IMG/VR virus record: IMGVR_UViG_3300038976_000003
Location: 1-29,786 of that record
Length of the DNA: 29,786 nucleotides
Reading direction: 5' to 3' (one strand)
DNA from: a virus
Taxonomy: Duplodnaviria > Caudoviricetes
A model generated the notes under the pieces. That model ran no database searches and was not told where the DNA came from. It was given only the letters and a program-made list of their open reading frames with translations. Below are positions 8,873-17,135 of this stretch, one piece after another. The stretch's first letter is position 1. Each line of letters begins with the position of its first letter. A program made the position numbers and the translations under genes.

Positions 8873-9090
8873 TGCGCCAACTCCATAAACTTTTCCGCTG
8901 TGATCCCCAGCCGCTTAGCCATTGTCTTGGGTCTGAGCACCGCCCCCCCATGTGGCTTGTGAAAACAGCGGACTTCTTCGCCGCGAACGAACGGCACCGC
9001 AGAGCCGCCCGTCTGACTGGGTTTGCGCTGGGAATATCCCAGCCCTTCCATGACTTTCAAAAACTCATTCCATGAAACAATCTTTCTCAC
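8869..9090 (-). CDS. hicA: HicA-like toxin-fold protein without adjacent antitoxin
   Basis: SWNEFLKVMEGLGY...TGGSAVPF...FHKPH...LGIT pattern of the HicA dsRBD fold; AGGAGGAC RBS. Confidence 0.7.
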   Translation of the reverse strand: MRKIVSWNEFLKVMEGLGYSQRKPSQTGGSAVPFVRGEEVRCFHKPHGGAVLRPKTMAKRLGITAEKFMELAQ

Positions 9091-9113
9091 AAGCGATGTC
9101 CTCCTAAAATCGT

Positions 9114-9130
9114 ATAGGGCTATGCCCTAC
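9114..9130. repeat. Palindrome GTAGGGC-N3-GCCCTAT, copy 2
   Basis: Minus strand reads GTAGGGCATAGCCCTAT, just upstream of the hicA-like RBS. Confidence 0.75.
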
Positions 9131-9164
9131 GGCTTTGTATGTGGCAGATTTGGTGTTGATGTAG

Positions 9165-10031
9165 CTAGAGAGCCGTTTCCGGGCTCGGCACATCGGGGAA
9201 GCCTTCAAAGTTCCCTAGATTGGAAAATTTATTGGCGCATGTGGCCTTCGTTTTGTCGCACCCCGGATAGGCAGTAAACAGGTCGCCAGCGTTCGGCACA
9301 AATGGCAGCGGAGAATTGAATGTAAAGAACTGCCCCGCGTAAGCCTTTACGGCCTTGACCAATCCCGCATTCGCTCCGGATGTGAAAGCGATCTGCCCGT
9401 TGTCGTAATAGCCGTCTGCTTTGGCCGAAAGCGAAAGCAGTTTGTTGACCGTCGATCCTGCCTGTACCGTGTTGACTTCAGCGAAAGAGGCTTTCACTAA
9501 TCCGCAGCGCGCATCAAACAATGTGTTTGTGCATCCGGGCTGAAGAATGACCGCCGGTAACTGCATTTGTAAATATTTGGTTCCGGCAACTGCTGTGATT
9601 TTCGCGTAGCTTCTGCCCAGCTCATCTACTTCACCGATGAATCCGGCGAACCTGATCACCTTGCCAATCTGCTGGCCGCTTGAATCCATGAACAGACGTT
9701 CTATCTTGAAGGCCGCGCCATCAAACAGCCCCAGCCCGATAGCCTGAAGAATGGGAACGCCATTGATCAGATCCGTTACGCTGGCTTTGATGGTCAGTTC
9801 AATTGTGGAAACATCCATCCCAAGTTTTTCTTCTATCGCTGTGCGCTCAAAGTTCGGCGGCCCGGTCAAGAATGTACTGCCCAAAACTACCAGCGATGAA
9901 TCCCAGGTGGTATAGCGGAGCACGGTCCCGGCTGTGAGCGTGATGGTGTAGAGGTCTGCAATGCGGATTTCTGTAGCCGTTGCCAGCCATGTGATGAGAT
10001 TGTTCCCGCCGATGTTGGTAGGGGTTTTCAT
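9165..10031 (-). CDS. Baseplate hub / minor tail protein (DUF2163, BR0599-like C-terminus)
   Basis: C-x7-RC and GCDKTKATC..KFSNLGNFEGFP Cys motif (lambda gpL-like Fe-S ligands). Confidence 0.92.
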   Translation of the reverse strand: MKTPTNIGGNNLITWLATATEIRIADLYTITLTAGTVLRYTTWDSSLVVLGSTFLTGPPNFERTAIEEKLGMDVSTIELTIKASVTDLINGVPILQAIGLGLFDGAAFKIERLFMDSSGQQIGKVIRFAGFIGEVDELGRSYAKITAVAGTKYLQMQLPAVILQPGCTNTLFDARCGLVKASFAEVNTVQAGSTVNKLLSLSAKADGYYDNGQIAFTSGANAGLVKAVKAYAGQFFTFNSPLPFVPNAGDLFTAYPGCDKTKATCANKFSNLGNFEGFPDVPSPETAL

Positions 10032-10213
10032 TTGAATACCGCCACAGGGATCGGGATAGTTTCATCGCTTGGATTCTTGGATGTGCGCACAACAGCAAGA
10101 GGCCGCAAGTTGGTAGCGCGGCAAATCGCTACAGCCGCATCCAGATTCGCGCACACCTTAAAGCGCTTGCGCGAGGTTGCGGGAACGACGATTTTGTAAA
10201 CGAAATCGCTCAT
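10028..10213 (-). CDS. Hypothetical protein (61 aa)
   Basis: ATGA overlaps at both ends. Confidence 0.65.
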   Translation of the reverse strand: MSDFVYKIVVPATSRKRFKVCANLDAAVAICRATNLRPLAVVRTSKNPSDETIPIPVAVFK

Positions 10214-10371
10214 GCACTCTTCCGCGAAACTGAAATCTTCCCCTTGCCGAAGCAGATCGGGCAGACATCCTTTACGAACTCACGCCGCCGATTCAATCCC
10301 TTTACTTCACCGCTGCCGTTACAGGTTGCGCACGTTACCAGCACATGCTTATTGCCTGTGGCCGCGCCCAT
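10210..10371 (-). CDS. Small DnaJ-type zinc-finger protein (53 aa; start revised)
   Basis: CATCNGSG and CPICFGKG repeats; TAATG overlap with the upstream stop; GAGG RBS. Confidence 0.7.
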   Translation of the reverse strand: MGAATGNKHVLVTCATCNGSGEVKGLNRRREFVKDVCPICFGKGKISVSRKSA

Positions 10372-11027
10372 TATTTCCTCACGCTGATCAACTGCACTTC
10401 GCGGCATTCGTACAGGTTGAAATAGAAGTTTGAAAGCTCAATTCCTTCTTTGCCGCTCCGTGATGTTCCGGTGTGGAAGCGGACACGATGGAGAAAGGTA
10501 AAATCGGCTGTGATGAAATGCCCGTTGGCCGGCGCATTTGTGAAGCTCACCAGCCCGTTTGAGATGGTGTAATCAACTGTTGGCGTTTTCACTGTGCCAT
10601 TGTCATAGATGATTGCTGCCTGGTTAGCTGGGTTCTGACACGCTTCAAGGAAGCCGCCGAAGTTCCGGACCAACTGAAAGTTTTTGTTCACTCCGTCGCC
10701 CGTTCCGATTGGCTGGCCGCTGAATACTGAATCCTCTTGCCGCCCTGTCAGGTCGCTTTCGTTCAACAGAAAATCATCAAACTGGCCGCCCCGCGCAAGG
10801 AAGAACCCCACCAGCGTTTCCAGTCCTGTTTGTTCGTTCTCATCCCGTGTGCGGGGATCGTTCAAGAGGTATTCGTAAGAGAGCGTAAATTCCCAGATCG
10901 GATTCTGATAGTTCTGGATTCTTACCTCTCTACCTGCAAGCGACTCCTGTATTTCCGTGTTGAAGGTGGGATTCTTTATGATGTCCCAGGCTAGGCCGCG
11001 AATTTTTGGGAATAGGATGTTGCTCAT
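10371..11027 (-). CDS. Distal tail protein (DUF2460)
   Basis: P.FNT....AGRE.R, FFLARGG.FDDF, IGTGDG, ITADF.F..RVRF motifs; follows the TMP. Confidence 0.92.
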   Translation of the reverse strand: MSNILFPKIRGLAWDIIKNPTFNTEIQESLAGREVRIQNYQNPIWEFTLSYEYLLNDPRTRDENEQTGLETLVGFFLARGGQFDDFLLNESDLTGRQEDSVFSGQPIGTGDGVNKNFQLVRNFGGFLEACQNPANQAAIIYDNGTVKTPTVDYTISNGLVSFTNAPANGHFITADFTFLHRVRFHTGTSRSGKEGIELSNFYFNLYECREVQLISVRK

Positions 11028-13003
11028 TTGCCGCCCCGGCGCTTCAAGATCCGGGCCACTTCATTGCCGATCATGTTGCTGTGGCGCTTGATGTGCGACT
11101 GGAAAGATTCCGCATCGACGGCGCTCACGCTGTAGTGAACATGAATATCGCCGCCGCTTCCGCTGAATGCTGGCCCTTGCTGGCTTGCTGGAATTACTTT
11201 CTCTCCCCGGTGCAGCATGGCAAGGCCATCCATAGGGACATAGTTGGTTCCAACCGCGAACGATGCCGCGCTGATAGCGAAGCCCGTTCCCAGGCCCAGT
11301 ATTTCAGTGGATGTCGGGATGTTCTCTGGAAATGGAACGGTAGCCAGCGCGTTTGCAGCCGCCAGGAATGCATCGGATTGCGCCATCACCCCATTACCTG
11401 CGTTGTGTGCGGCGATCTGGGCAGTCTGGGCCGATTCGCCCAAGATCCTATCCATCAGCCACATTTCTACTTTGTGTTCAACCCACTTTTCCACGAAGCC
11501 GGCAAGATCACCGATGATCGAATCAAACATCTTGGAAAACGCTTGCGAAGCTGTTTCCGTGCCTTTGACCCATGAGGTTATTTCCGTGTTGAACGTGTTG
11601 GCAATCTGCTGGAAATACTGGTCAAACTTCTGCCGCCGCCGGATATAGGACTGCTGTTCCGCTTTTTCAGATTCAGCTAAATACTTATCGTCAAGCTGCC
11701 GTAGTTGCGCGTCTACTTTGGCTTGCTCGATTACGTTGCCCTCTGCCGCCTGCCGTTTTGCTTCAAGTTTGGCGCGTTCGTTCGCGTAGGTTTCGGCAAG
11801 CTGCTGCTGAAGTTGTTTTTCGTAGGCAGCCTGAGAAATCTTTCCAATCTGAAGTTCAAAGTTGAGCCGCTGATCCGCGAGCTGGCCAAGTGCGGCTTCG
11901 TGCGCCCGCGCCGCTTCCTGAATTATTTCGTAAGCCCGAATCTGTTCATTGACGGTTTTGATGATTTCCTGATTCTGTTTTTCCGTCTCACGGAATACCG
12001 CAACGGTTTCCTGTGCTAACTCTGTCTCATGCGCAGCCGCTTTGTCCTGCATGGCCTGACGTTCGGCGTAGACCATTGAAACAAATTTGGTGTGTCGGGC
12101 CTCGTCTTCTTTGGCGGCTTTGTCTGCCGCATCCGCCATTTTCTTAAAACCCTGATCTGTTATCTGCCCGGTTGTTTGCGCTATGTCTTTCAGGCGCGCA
12201 TCCAGCAGCACATACTCATTGTTTAGGTTGTTGACTTTTTCAGTTGCGACCTCAAAGTTTTCCCATATCTTGCCGCTCTTAAGCGTCCAATCATCAACCT
12301 TGCTGCGCGCCTTTTCTAGTTCGGCATTGGCATCTGCAAGCTGACCCTTTATCTCGGTCATGCGCTGTTTAAGTTTTTCCGGGTCGCCCTGATCTTCAAT
12401 GGCGAATTTAAGCTTGAGCTTCATTTCCTCGCCGGGGCCTTTTCCCGCCGCCGCCGCAAGCTGTCTTTCGCGTGATACCGTCTTTGTGTGGGCCGCCAGT
12501 TTTTCTAGTTCGGCATTTGAGGCCGCGATTGCTTTCTCTGCGTTTTTTTCCGCCTCGGTATAAATGAACGTGTCGGCAGCCAACTGGCTAACTTTTTCGG
12601 TAACGTCTTTCAGGATGCTGAAGCCAACCTGAAGCGCCAACACTGGCATGAGGGCTGTAAACGCCGCATTGACCATGGGAATTTCTGCCAGCAAACGCCG
12701 GAAATGGCGCGACATTTTGATGCCAGAATCTTCAACCGCAAAGGCCATGCCAGCCATTGCTTCATGAGTCCCAGCAGCCGCTTTCTCGAATTCAGCTGGT
12801 ATGTTCTCTACTTGCGGTGGTATCTCTTTTAGAGCGGGAAGCATGACCGAGTTAATGGCCGCTTCCACTTCTTCGGCTGTTCCCTGAAATACAGTCTCAA
12901 TTTTTGCGCAGCTAGTTTGCGTGGTTGTAACCATGTCCTGCATTCCAGCCTTATATTGGCTGAAATCAACTACTGCGCCGACCTCAATCAGGTTTTCCAT
13001 CAC
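11024..13003 (-). CDS. Tape measure protein
   Basis: 659 aa, helical and A/E/Q/K-rich; C-terminal SFAVGT.YVP.DGLAMLHRGEKVIP motif; position after the chaperones. Confidence 0.9.
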   Translation of the reverse strand: MMENLIEVGAVVDFSQYKAGMQDMVTTTQTSCAKIETVFQGTAEEVEAAINSVMLPALKEIPPQVENIPAEFEKAAAGTHEAMAGMAFAVEDSGIKMSRHFRRLLAEIPMVNAAFTALMPVLALQVGFSILKDVTEKVSQLAADTFIYTEAEKNAEKAIAASNAELEKLAAHTKTVSRERQLAAAAGKGPGEEMKLKLKFAIEDQGDPEKLKQRMTEIKGQLADANAELEKARSKVDDWTLKSGKIWENFEVATEKVNNLNNEYVLLDARLKDIAQTTGQITDQGFKKMADAADKAAKEDEARHTKFVSMVYAERQAMQDKAAAHETELAQETVAVFRETEKQNQEIIKTVNEQIRAYEIIQEAARAHEAALGQLADQRLNFELQIGKISQAAYEKQLQQQLAETYANERAKLEAKRQAAEGNVIEQAKVDAQLRQLDDKYLAESEKAEQQSYIRRRQKFDQYFQQIANTFNTEITSWVKGTETASQAFSKMFDSIIGDLAGFVEKWVEHKVEMWLMDRILGESAQTAQIAAHNAGNGVMAQSDAFLAAANALATVPFPENIPTSTEILGLGTGFAISAASFAVGTNYVPMDGLAMLHRGEKVIPASQQGPAFSGSGGDIHVHYSVSAVDAESFQSHIKRHSNMIGNEVARILKRRGGK

Positions 13004-13320
13004 TTATCCCTGTAAATATCCGGTAGTGGCCCTCTTACAATTCCGCCGCCGATCTGCATTACTTCGCGGCGAAGATCATCCACCTGTGAAGCTTTGCCGG
13101 GTTCCTTCCTCATGCGCCGTGTTTGTTTTTTCAGATGAACCCCGGCAAGAACGATGTGAGCGGGTGGATGCTCTTGCCAGTACTCGTTCAATTCGTTTAC
13201 ATCCCAGAGGGTGAGCTGGTCGATTTCCGCGAATCGCCAGCCCAGAGAGGTTGCGATGTGGCTGTAGATGAAAGCGAAATCTATACCGGAACCGGAGTTA
13301 TCTCCGGCTGCGCTTCCCCC
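13000..13320 (-). CDS. Tail assembly chaperone GT extension (-1 frame)
   Basis: The -1 frame is open from the slippery site to 13000: IDFAFIYSHIATSLGWRFAEIDQLTLWDVNELNEYWQEHPP. Confidence 0.75.
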   Translation of the reverse strand, partial: GGSAAGDNSGSGIDFAFIYSHIATSLGWRFAEIDQLTLWDVNELNEYWQEHPPAHIVLAGVHLKKQTRRMRKEPGKASQVDDLRREVMQIGGGIVRGPLPDIYRDK

Positions 13321-13610
13321 ATCTTCTTCCCCGGTGCTGCCTTCAATCCTGAAACTTCCATCACCGCGTCAAACATCACATTGAAATCTTCCATCGTGAG
13401 CCCGTTCTCAAGCTGCTCCGTGGTCAAGTCCTGATGGACTTTGCGCGTGCTTGCGGCGATGATCGGCATGTAAACCAGGATGGAAGTGAGGCTTGGCTTT
13501 TCCGGCTTCTCTTGCTGAAAGAGCGCGTCAAGCTGGCGAAGTTCGCCCAAGGTGAGAGATGAAACAGTGAGTTGGCCTAACGAGGTTGGAACGGTCTGCT
13601 GCTTAAGCAT
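13281..13610 (-). CDS. Tail assembly chaperone G
   Basis: Between tail tube and TMP; GGAGGAC RBS; ends shortly after a slippery site. Confidence 0.85.
   Translation of the reverse strand: MLKQQTVPTSLGQLTVSSLTLGELRQLDALFQQEKPEKPSLTSILVYMPIIAASTRKVHQDLTTEQLENGLTMEDFNVMFDAVMEVSGLKAAPGKKMGEAQPEITPVPV
13290..13320 (-). promoter_or_regulatory. Programmed -1 frameshift signal
   Basis: G GGG GAA at 13320-13314 followed by hairpin AGCCGGAG-ATAA-CTCCGGTT (13309-13290). Confidence 0.7.
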
Positions 13611-13639
13611 GTTGCGGTGTCCTCCAGTTTTTGTTTTGT

Positions 13640-13671
13640 AAAAGTTTGGGCCGCCCTTGCGGAACGGCCCA
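13640..13671 (-). terminator. Hairpin / probable terminator after the tail tube gene
   Basis: TGGGCCGTTCC-GCAA-GGGCGGCCCA followed by AACTTTT. Confidence 0.6.
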
Positions 13672-13713
13672 GCGGCCCTTGCTCGTTTTGAAGCGAGTAG
13701 ATTTGTCAGCCGC

Positions 13714-14463
13714 TTATTCGCTCGAATATATGTCGATCACCTGCCCAGCGGCGTTGGCGAATGCTTCAAAGTCAAACTCAGGAATCAGAAAATCTTCCTG
13801 TTTGGTGGCGAAGTTAAGCTTAGACGCCACTACGGAATAGAGAAGCACGCTGAACTGGTTTGGAGCCGCGTTGGTATCGTTGTACAACTCAGAAAGCATG
13901 ACCTGAATGGTTGGCGCAAAGCCCATGAGCTGGTTCTTTACGTTGATCTGTGATCCTGTGGCCACTGAGGTGTACGTGTAAGAAATCTGCACGTTATTTG
14001 ATCCGTTGTCGCCCGTGTTGAAGGTGTAGACGCCGGCGGAAACTGAGTACTGGCCCACAGCCGGGACGCCAGTAATGCGCGTGAGCGGCAGTCCACTAGC
14101 CGCATAGACCACGCCGAAGTCCTGTACAAACTGAGCTGAGTTTGAGACCGTGGCCGATCCGGCGGTAACGCTCTTGACTTCATCCAGCGCCATTTTAATG
14201 GTGCCGGTGCCCATGGGCTGGCCGAAGAAAAGATCATTCATCTGCTTGCCGTTGATGGAAGCGAATTTCGCCTTGCCGCTGATCTTGCACTTGCCGCGCG
14301 CCACGGCTTCAGGAAATTGCCGCTGGCCATAAAGCTGCTTCACGTCTCCTGAGATGTCCAGGCTCACATCTTGGAGAACGCCAAATTTCTTGGGTGTGGG
14401 ATTTGCTGCGGTGTTGCCGCCAACCGGGAAGCCCCAGAGGGTCCCAGCGCCGAATTCATACAT
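13714..14463 (-). CDS. Major tail (tube) protein
   Basis: FG.LQDVSLDISGDVKQLYG...ARGK and EDFLIPEFDFEAFA beta-rich motifs; AGGAGA RBS; position before the chaperone. Confidence 0.85.
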   Translation of the reverse strand: MYEFGAGTLWGFPVGGNTAANPTPKKFGVLQDVSLDISGDVKQLYGQRQFPEAVARGKCKISGKAKFASINGKQMNDLFFGQPMGTGTIKMALDEVKSVTAGSATVSNSAQFVQDFGVVYAASGLPLTRITGVPAVGQYSVSAGVYTFNTGDNGSNNVQISYTYTSVATGSQINVKNQLMGFAPTIQVMLSELYNDTNAAPNQFSVLLYSVVASKLNFATKQEDFLIPEFDFEAFANAAGQVIDIYSSE

Positions 14464-14520
14464 ATGACGAATCTCCTAAATGTGAGATGGAGTGTCGCCA
14501 CTCCCTTGAAAGTTGAGCGC

Positions 14521-14907
14521 TTATCCGAAAAGGATGTATTCGCAGGTTGTGGCCGCGCCGGAAGCGTTCAAGCCCAGCACAGTAAAGCCGCTGCCTGATC
14601 CGGCGGAAGTGCTCATGATCATCCAATCTCCCGGTCGCAAAGTGTTTACGATGGCAGTAACGCCGCCGGTGGGAGTCCATGAAACCGCGATGGTCTGCGA
14701 TGCGTGTGTGTTCTTGATGTAGATGAACTGCACCGGAGAAACGGCCAGCGTGATTGCGTTGGCTCCGCTGTTGAGTGAAGCCTGCACCGGCCCGGTCATG
14801 ACCGTACCCGAGAGAGCAGCCAGAGCAAGGATCATTGGCAACGGAATGTCGCCAGCGCGGCCCGTGTTGAGAGTGATGCTACCGTTAAGCTGTAGGGTTT
14901 CGGCCAT
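14521..14907 (-). CDS. Hypothetical beta-rich, probably virion-associated protein
   Basis: AGGAGA RBS; FIYIKNT...L.PG motif; between tail terminator and tube. Confidence 0.7.
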   Translation of the reverse strand: MAETLQLNGSITLNTGRAGDIPLPMILALAALSGTVMTGPVQASLNSGANAITLAVSPVQFIYIKNTHASQTIAVSWTPTGGVTAIVNTLRPGDWMIMSTSAGSGSGFTVLGLNASGAATTCEYILFG

Positions 14908-14934
14908 TGCCTTTATCTCCTGTGAAGCGAATTT

Positions 14935-15384
14935 TTAGGAAGTTGTTACCATCAGAACCGGGACCACGGCCAGCGCCATCATGCCGCTTATGTTTTCCAC
15001 TATTTCAATCTTGCCGTCGATCCGCGCTGTGTAGACTTTGCCGCCTAATGTCTGGGCTGTGCCCTTGGTTGCATTCGGCAGAGCGGCTTCAACCGCATCC
15101 AAAAGGCTGTTTAATTCCTGTGATGGAATCGCGCCCGGGTCGCTATTGCCCGTGGTGTAAATCACCAAATCAACTTTGGGATTCCAGGTGATCGGCAGTC
15201 CGGCGATCTTTTGTGACGTTGCGGCCACTTCGCCAACTTCAACCTGAAAGAACGCTGGTCTGTCAGTTGGGGCCATTTGCGCGGGATCAACCCAGCGCCG
15301 TGAATACGTTTTGAAAGTCGTTCCGAGTGCGCTTTGCAGTTGCGCGAACAGAGCGGCATAAATGGTTTCACGGGCTACGATCAC
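14935..15384 (-). CDS. Tail terminator / tail completion protein
   Basis: RETIYAALF, PAFFQVE, LLDAVEAAL, TLGGKV motifs. Confidence 0.8.
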   Translation of the reverse strand: MIVARETIYAALFAQLQSALGTTFKTYSRRWVDPAQMAPTDRPAFFQVEVGEVAATSQKIAGLPITWNPKVDLVIYTTGNSDPGAIPSQELNSLLDAVEAALPNATKGTAQTLGGKVYTARIDGKIEIVENISGMMALAVVPVLMVTTS

Positions 15385-15497
15385 AGCGGATACACCATCC
15401 CTGATTTACGGCCACAGGGAGAAACAAAATACCACTCCCAGCGCCAGCGCTTACCCTTTGCGTCCGTTGTAATCTCAGTCCAAATAGGGATTGGCAT
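15381..15497 (-). CDS. Small Trp-rich ORF absent from the track (38 aa, MPIPIWTEITTDAKGKRWRWEWYF...)
   Basis: ATG directly after the upstream TGA; GTGA overlap with the downstream gene; fills the gap exactly. Confidence 0.5.
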   Translation of the reverse strand: MPIPIWTEITTDAKGKRWRWEWYFVSPCGRKSGMVYPL

Positions 15498-15668
15498 TCA
15501 TTTGCCCTTCGGCGCAAATGTGACACGCACAGTGGAAACCGGCGAACGATCTTCACGTGATTGCTCAAGCGTGGTTACGGAACGCAGTTCAACTTCGCCG
15601 CGTTCAATCTTGCGCGCCACTTCTCGCAACGTGTGGGCAACTTCAGTTCTCTTAATTCCGTGAGCCAT
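15498..15668 (-). CDS. Small hypothetical protein (56 aa, MAHGIKR...)
   Basis: AGGAGGAC RBS before ATG at 15668. Confidence 0.7.
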   Translation of the reverse strand: MAHGIKRTEVAHTLREVARKIERGEVELRSVTTLEQSREDRSPVSTVRVTFAPKGK

Positions 15669-15689
15669 GTTTTGTCCTCCTGAAATTAA

Positions 15690-15801
15690 TTCCGCAGCCA
15701 CCGGGCATGGATTTAAACCAGCGACCTTCAGGGTTTCTAGCCCCGACGCTCTACAGACTGTTCTGCAATCTGGCCTCACTGAGCTACCGGCGGATGCGGA
15801 A
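15690..15801 (-). ncRNA. Non-canonical tRNA-like cloverleaf (core 15697-15793; anticodon position AGA; no CCA)
   Basis: Acceptor CCGCCGG/CCGGTGG, TA, D stem GCTC/GAGC, anticodon stem TCGGGG/CCCTGA with loop CTAGAAA, variable AGGTC, T arm GCTGG-TTTAAAT-CCA(T)GC, flanking TTCCGCA/TGCGGAA stem. Confidence 0.8.
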
Positions 15802-15811
15802 ACTTGAAACT

Positions 15812-16288
15812 TCACTTCACTGCTAAAGCTTGTTCCACTGCTCTCTGAATTCCTGCAATCAGTTCACCGCGTGTATCGTCACGCGCTGGGGCCAAATAAG
15901 GCCGTGGCGGAATGTAAGCCTTGTGTCCGCGTCCGGCGTATCCGCCATATTCCTGAATCCGCGCATAGGGCGTAGCAGCTCCCCAGGTTGCAGTAATTAC
16001 CGTTGCGCCTTCAGGTGAAGCAGGTTCCATGCCGGAATCAACCGATGCGATCACCGAGCGGCGAAGTGTGCCAGTTCTCGAAATCAGCACATCGCCCGTG
16101 TTACGCGCTCCGCGTGCAACCGATTGCCCAGCGGCGAAATACTTTGTCACGCTGATATTGGCCCCGGCGTAGATCCATGCTTTCAATGCCTGATGAATTG
16201 CAGCAATAAGCCGTGGTGTGATTGATTGCAGGTAGAGCACTACCTTCTTGTCGCTCTGCTGCTCAATGCGGAAGGTTACGCCGCTCAT
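15812..16288 (-). CDS. Virion morphogenesis / tail completion protein (HK97 gp10 or P2 gpS-like)
   Basis: RTGTLRRS, PYARIQEYGG and IPPRPYL motifs. Confidence 0.88.
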   Translation of the reverse strand: MSGVTFRIEQQSDKKVVLYLQSITPRLIAAIHQALKAWIYAGANISVTKYFAAGQSVARGARNTGDVLISRTGTLRRSVIASVDSGMEPASPEGATVITATWGAATPYARIQEYGGYAGRGHKAYIPPRPYLAPARDDTRGELIAGIQRAVEQALAVK

Positions 16289-16537
16289 CTAGTCGGTCGC
16301 TTTTCGGGCCATTCGGCCTTGCCATGTGAAGTTCAGCGATCCAAGAGCGCCCATGACCAAGTTCCAACTTTTCCAACGCCAGACTCCGAAACGCCACTTC
16401 TTGTTTTCCAGCCAAGCCGGATGCCAATAAGCCGCCCATGTCCACGTGATCGAACTGCGACGGTGCCACGCGGCTAACAATTTCCCATTTGCGGGATTCT
16501 GCATATCCGAATAGAGATACAAAGGGCCAATTTTCAT
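16289..16537 (-). CDS. Hypothetical Trp-rich protein (82 aa)
   Basis: ATGA overlap upstream; abuts the downstream ATG. Confidence 0.6.
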   Translation of the reverse strand: MKIGPLYLYSDMQNPANGKLLAAWHRRSSITWTWAAYWHPAWLENKKWRFGVWRWKSWNLVMGALGSLNFTWQGRMARKATD

Positions 16538-17106
16538 AATGCAAGTCTCCTGTATTGACTGAACACTTGAAGCGAACGCGGCGGAACATTGCTCATATCG
16601 AAACTCACCGTCACCTGCCCGCCCATGGAATTTGATTTCTCTCCAATATGGACTCTTTGCCGATAGGCCAGCGCAAAAGCTTCAATCGCTGCTTGTTTCA
16701 GATCGAGCGGAACAATGGAATAACCTGCCGTATAGATGAGGGCGACATTCTGAACGCCTCGGCAGAAGCGAAAGCCGCGCAAGTAGATAATCCGCGAACT
16801 CCAGAGAAATCCCGCCATAACTGCTGATGTAGCTTGTGAAATTGCAACTCCGTCAACAGATACAGAGGCCACTGAGATGATTGGGTAGAAGTGCGGCAAG
16901 AGCCGGTCCGAATCGTTGCCGTCATAGTTTTCATTCAGCGTTCCAATCACTGAGGCCAGAATGTGGGCTCGGCTTAGATATTGCAAAATTTGTGCGCTGC
17001 CATTGGTAATGAGGCTTTGGAGCGTGGTGTCATCATTGTTGCCCTGGTTTGGCAACCACGCTTTTAATTCTGCGACTGTGCAGAAATCATCAGGACCAAC
17101 TGGCAT
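16534..17106 (-). CDS. Head-tail adaptor (connector) protein
   Basis: CTVAELKAWL...DD..LQSLI, YTAGY..VPLDLKQAAIE, QYRR motifs. Confidence 0.9.
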   Translation of the reverse strand: MPVGPDDFCTVAELKAWLPNQGNNDDTTLQSLITNGSAQILQYLSRAHILASVIGTLNENYDGNDSDRLLPHFYPIISVASVSVDGVAISQATSAVMAGFLWSSRIIYLRGFRFCRGVQNVALIYTAGYSIVPLDLKQAAIEAFALAYRQRVHIGEKSNSMGGQVTVSFDMSNVPPRSLQVFSQYRRLAL

Positions 17107-17135
17107 TCAAGAAAACCTTTCAGAAGAAAATTCAA

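Noticed and set aside
5249-11027. Gene transfer agent
   Set aside because: The DUF2460-DUF2163-NlpC-tip order resembles RcGTA, but the F protein, long TMP, morons, accessory genes and linked lysis cassette indicate a phage
15734-15740. Amber-suppressor reading (CTA) of the tRNA-like anticodon loop
   Set aside because: The stem closes a 7-nt loop CTAGAAA; C32-U33 place AGA, not CTA, at positions 34-36
15669-15815. N-terminal extension of the 105-aa ORF through the tRNA-like element
   Set aside because: The frame is open and has a GTGA overlap, but a strong RBS precedes ATG 15668 and the extension is explained by RNA structure; not fully excluded
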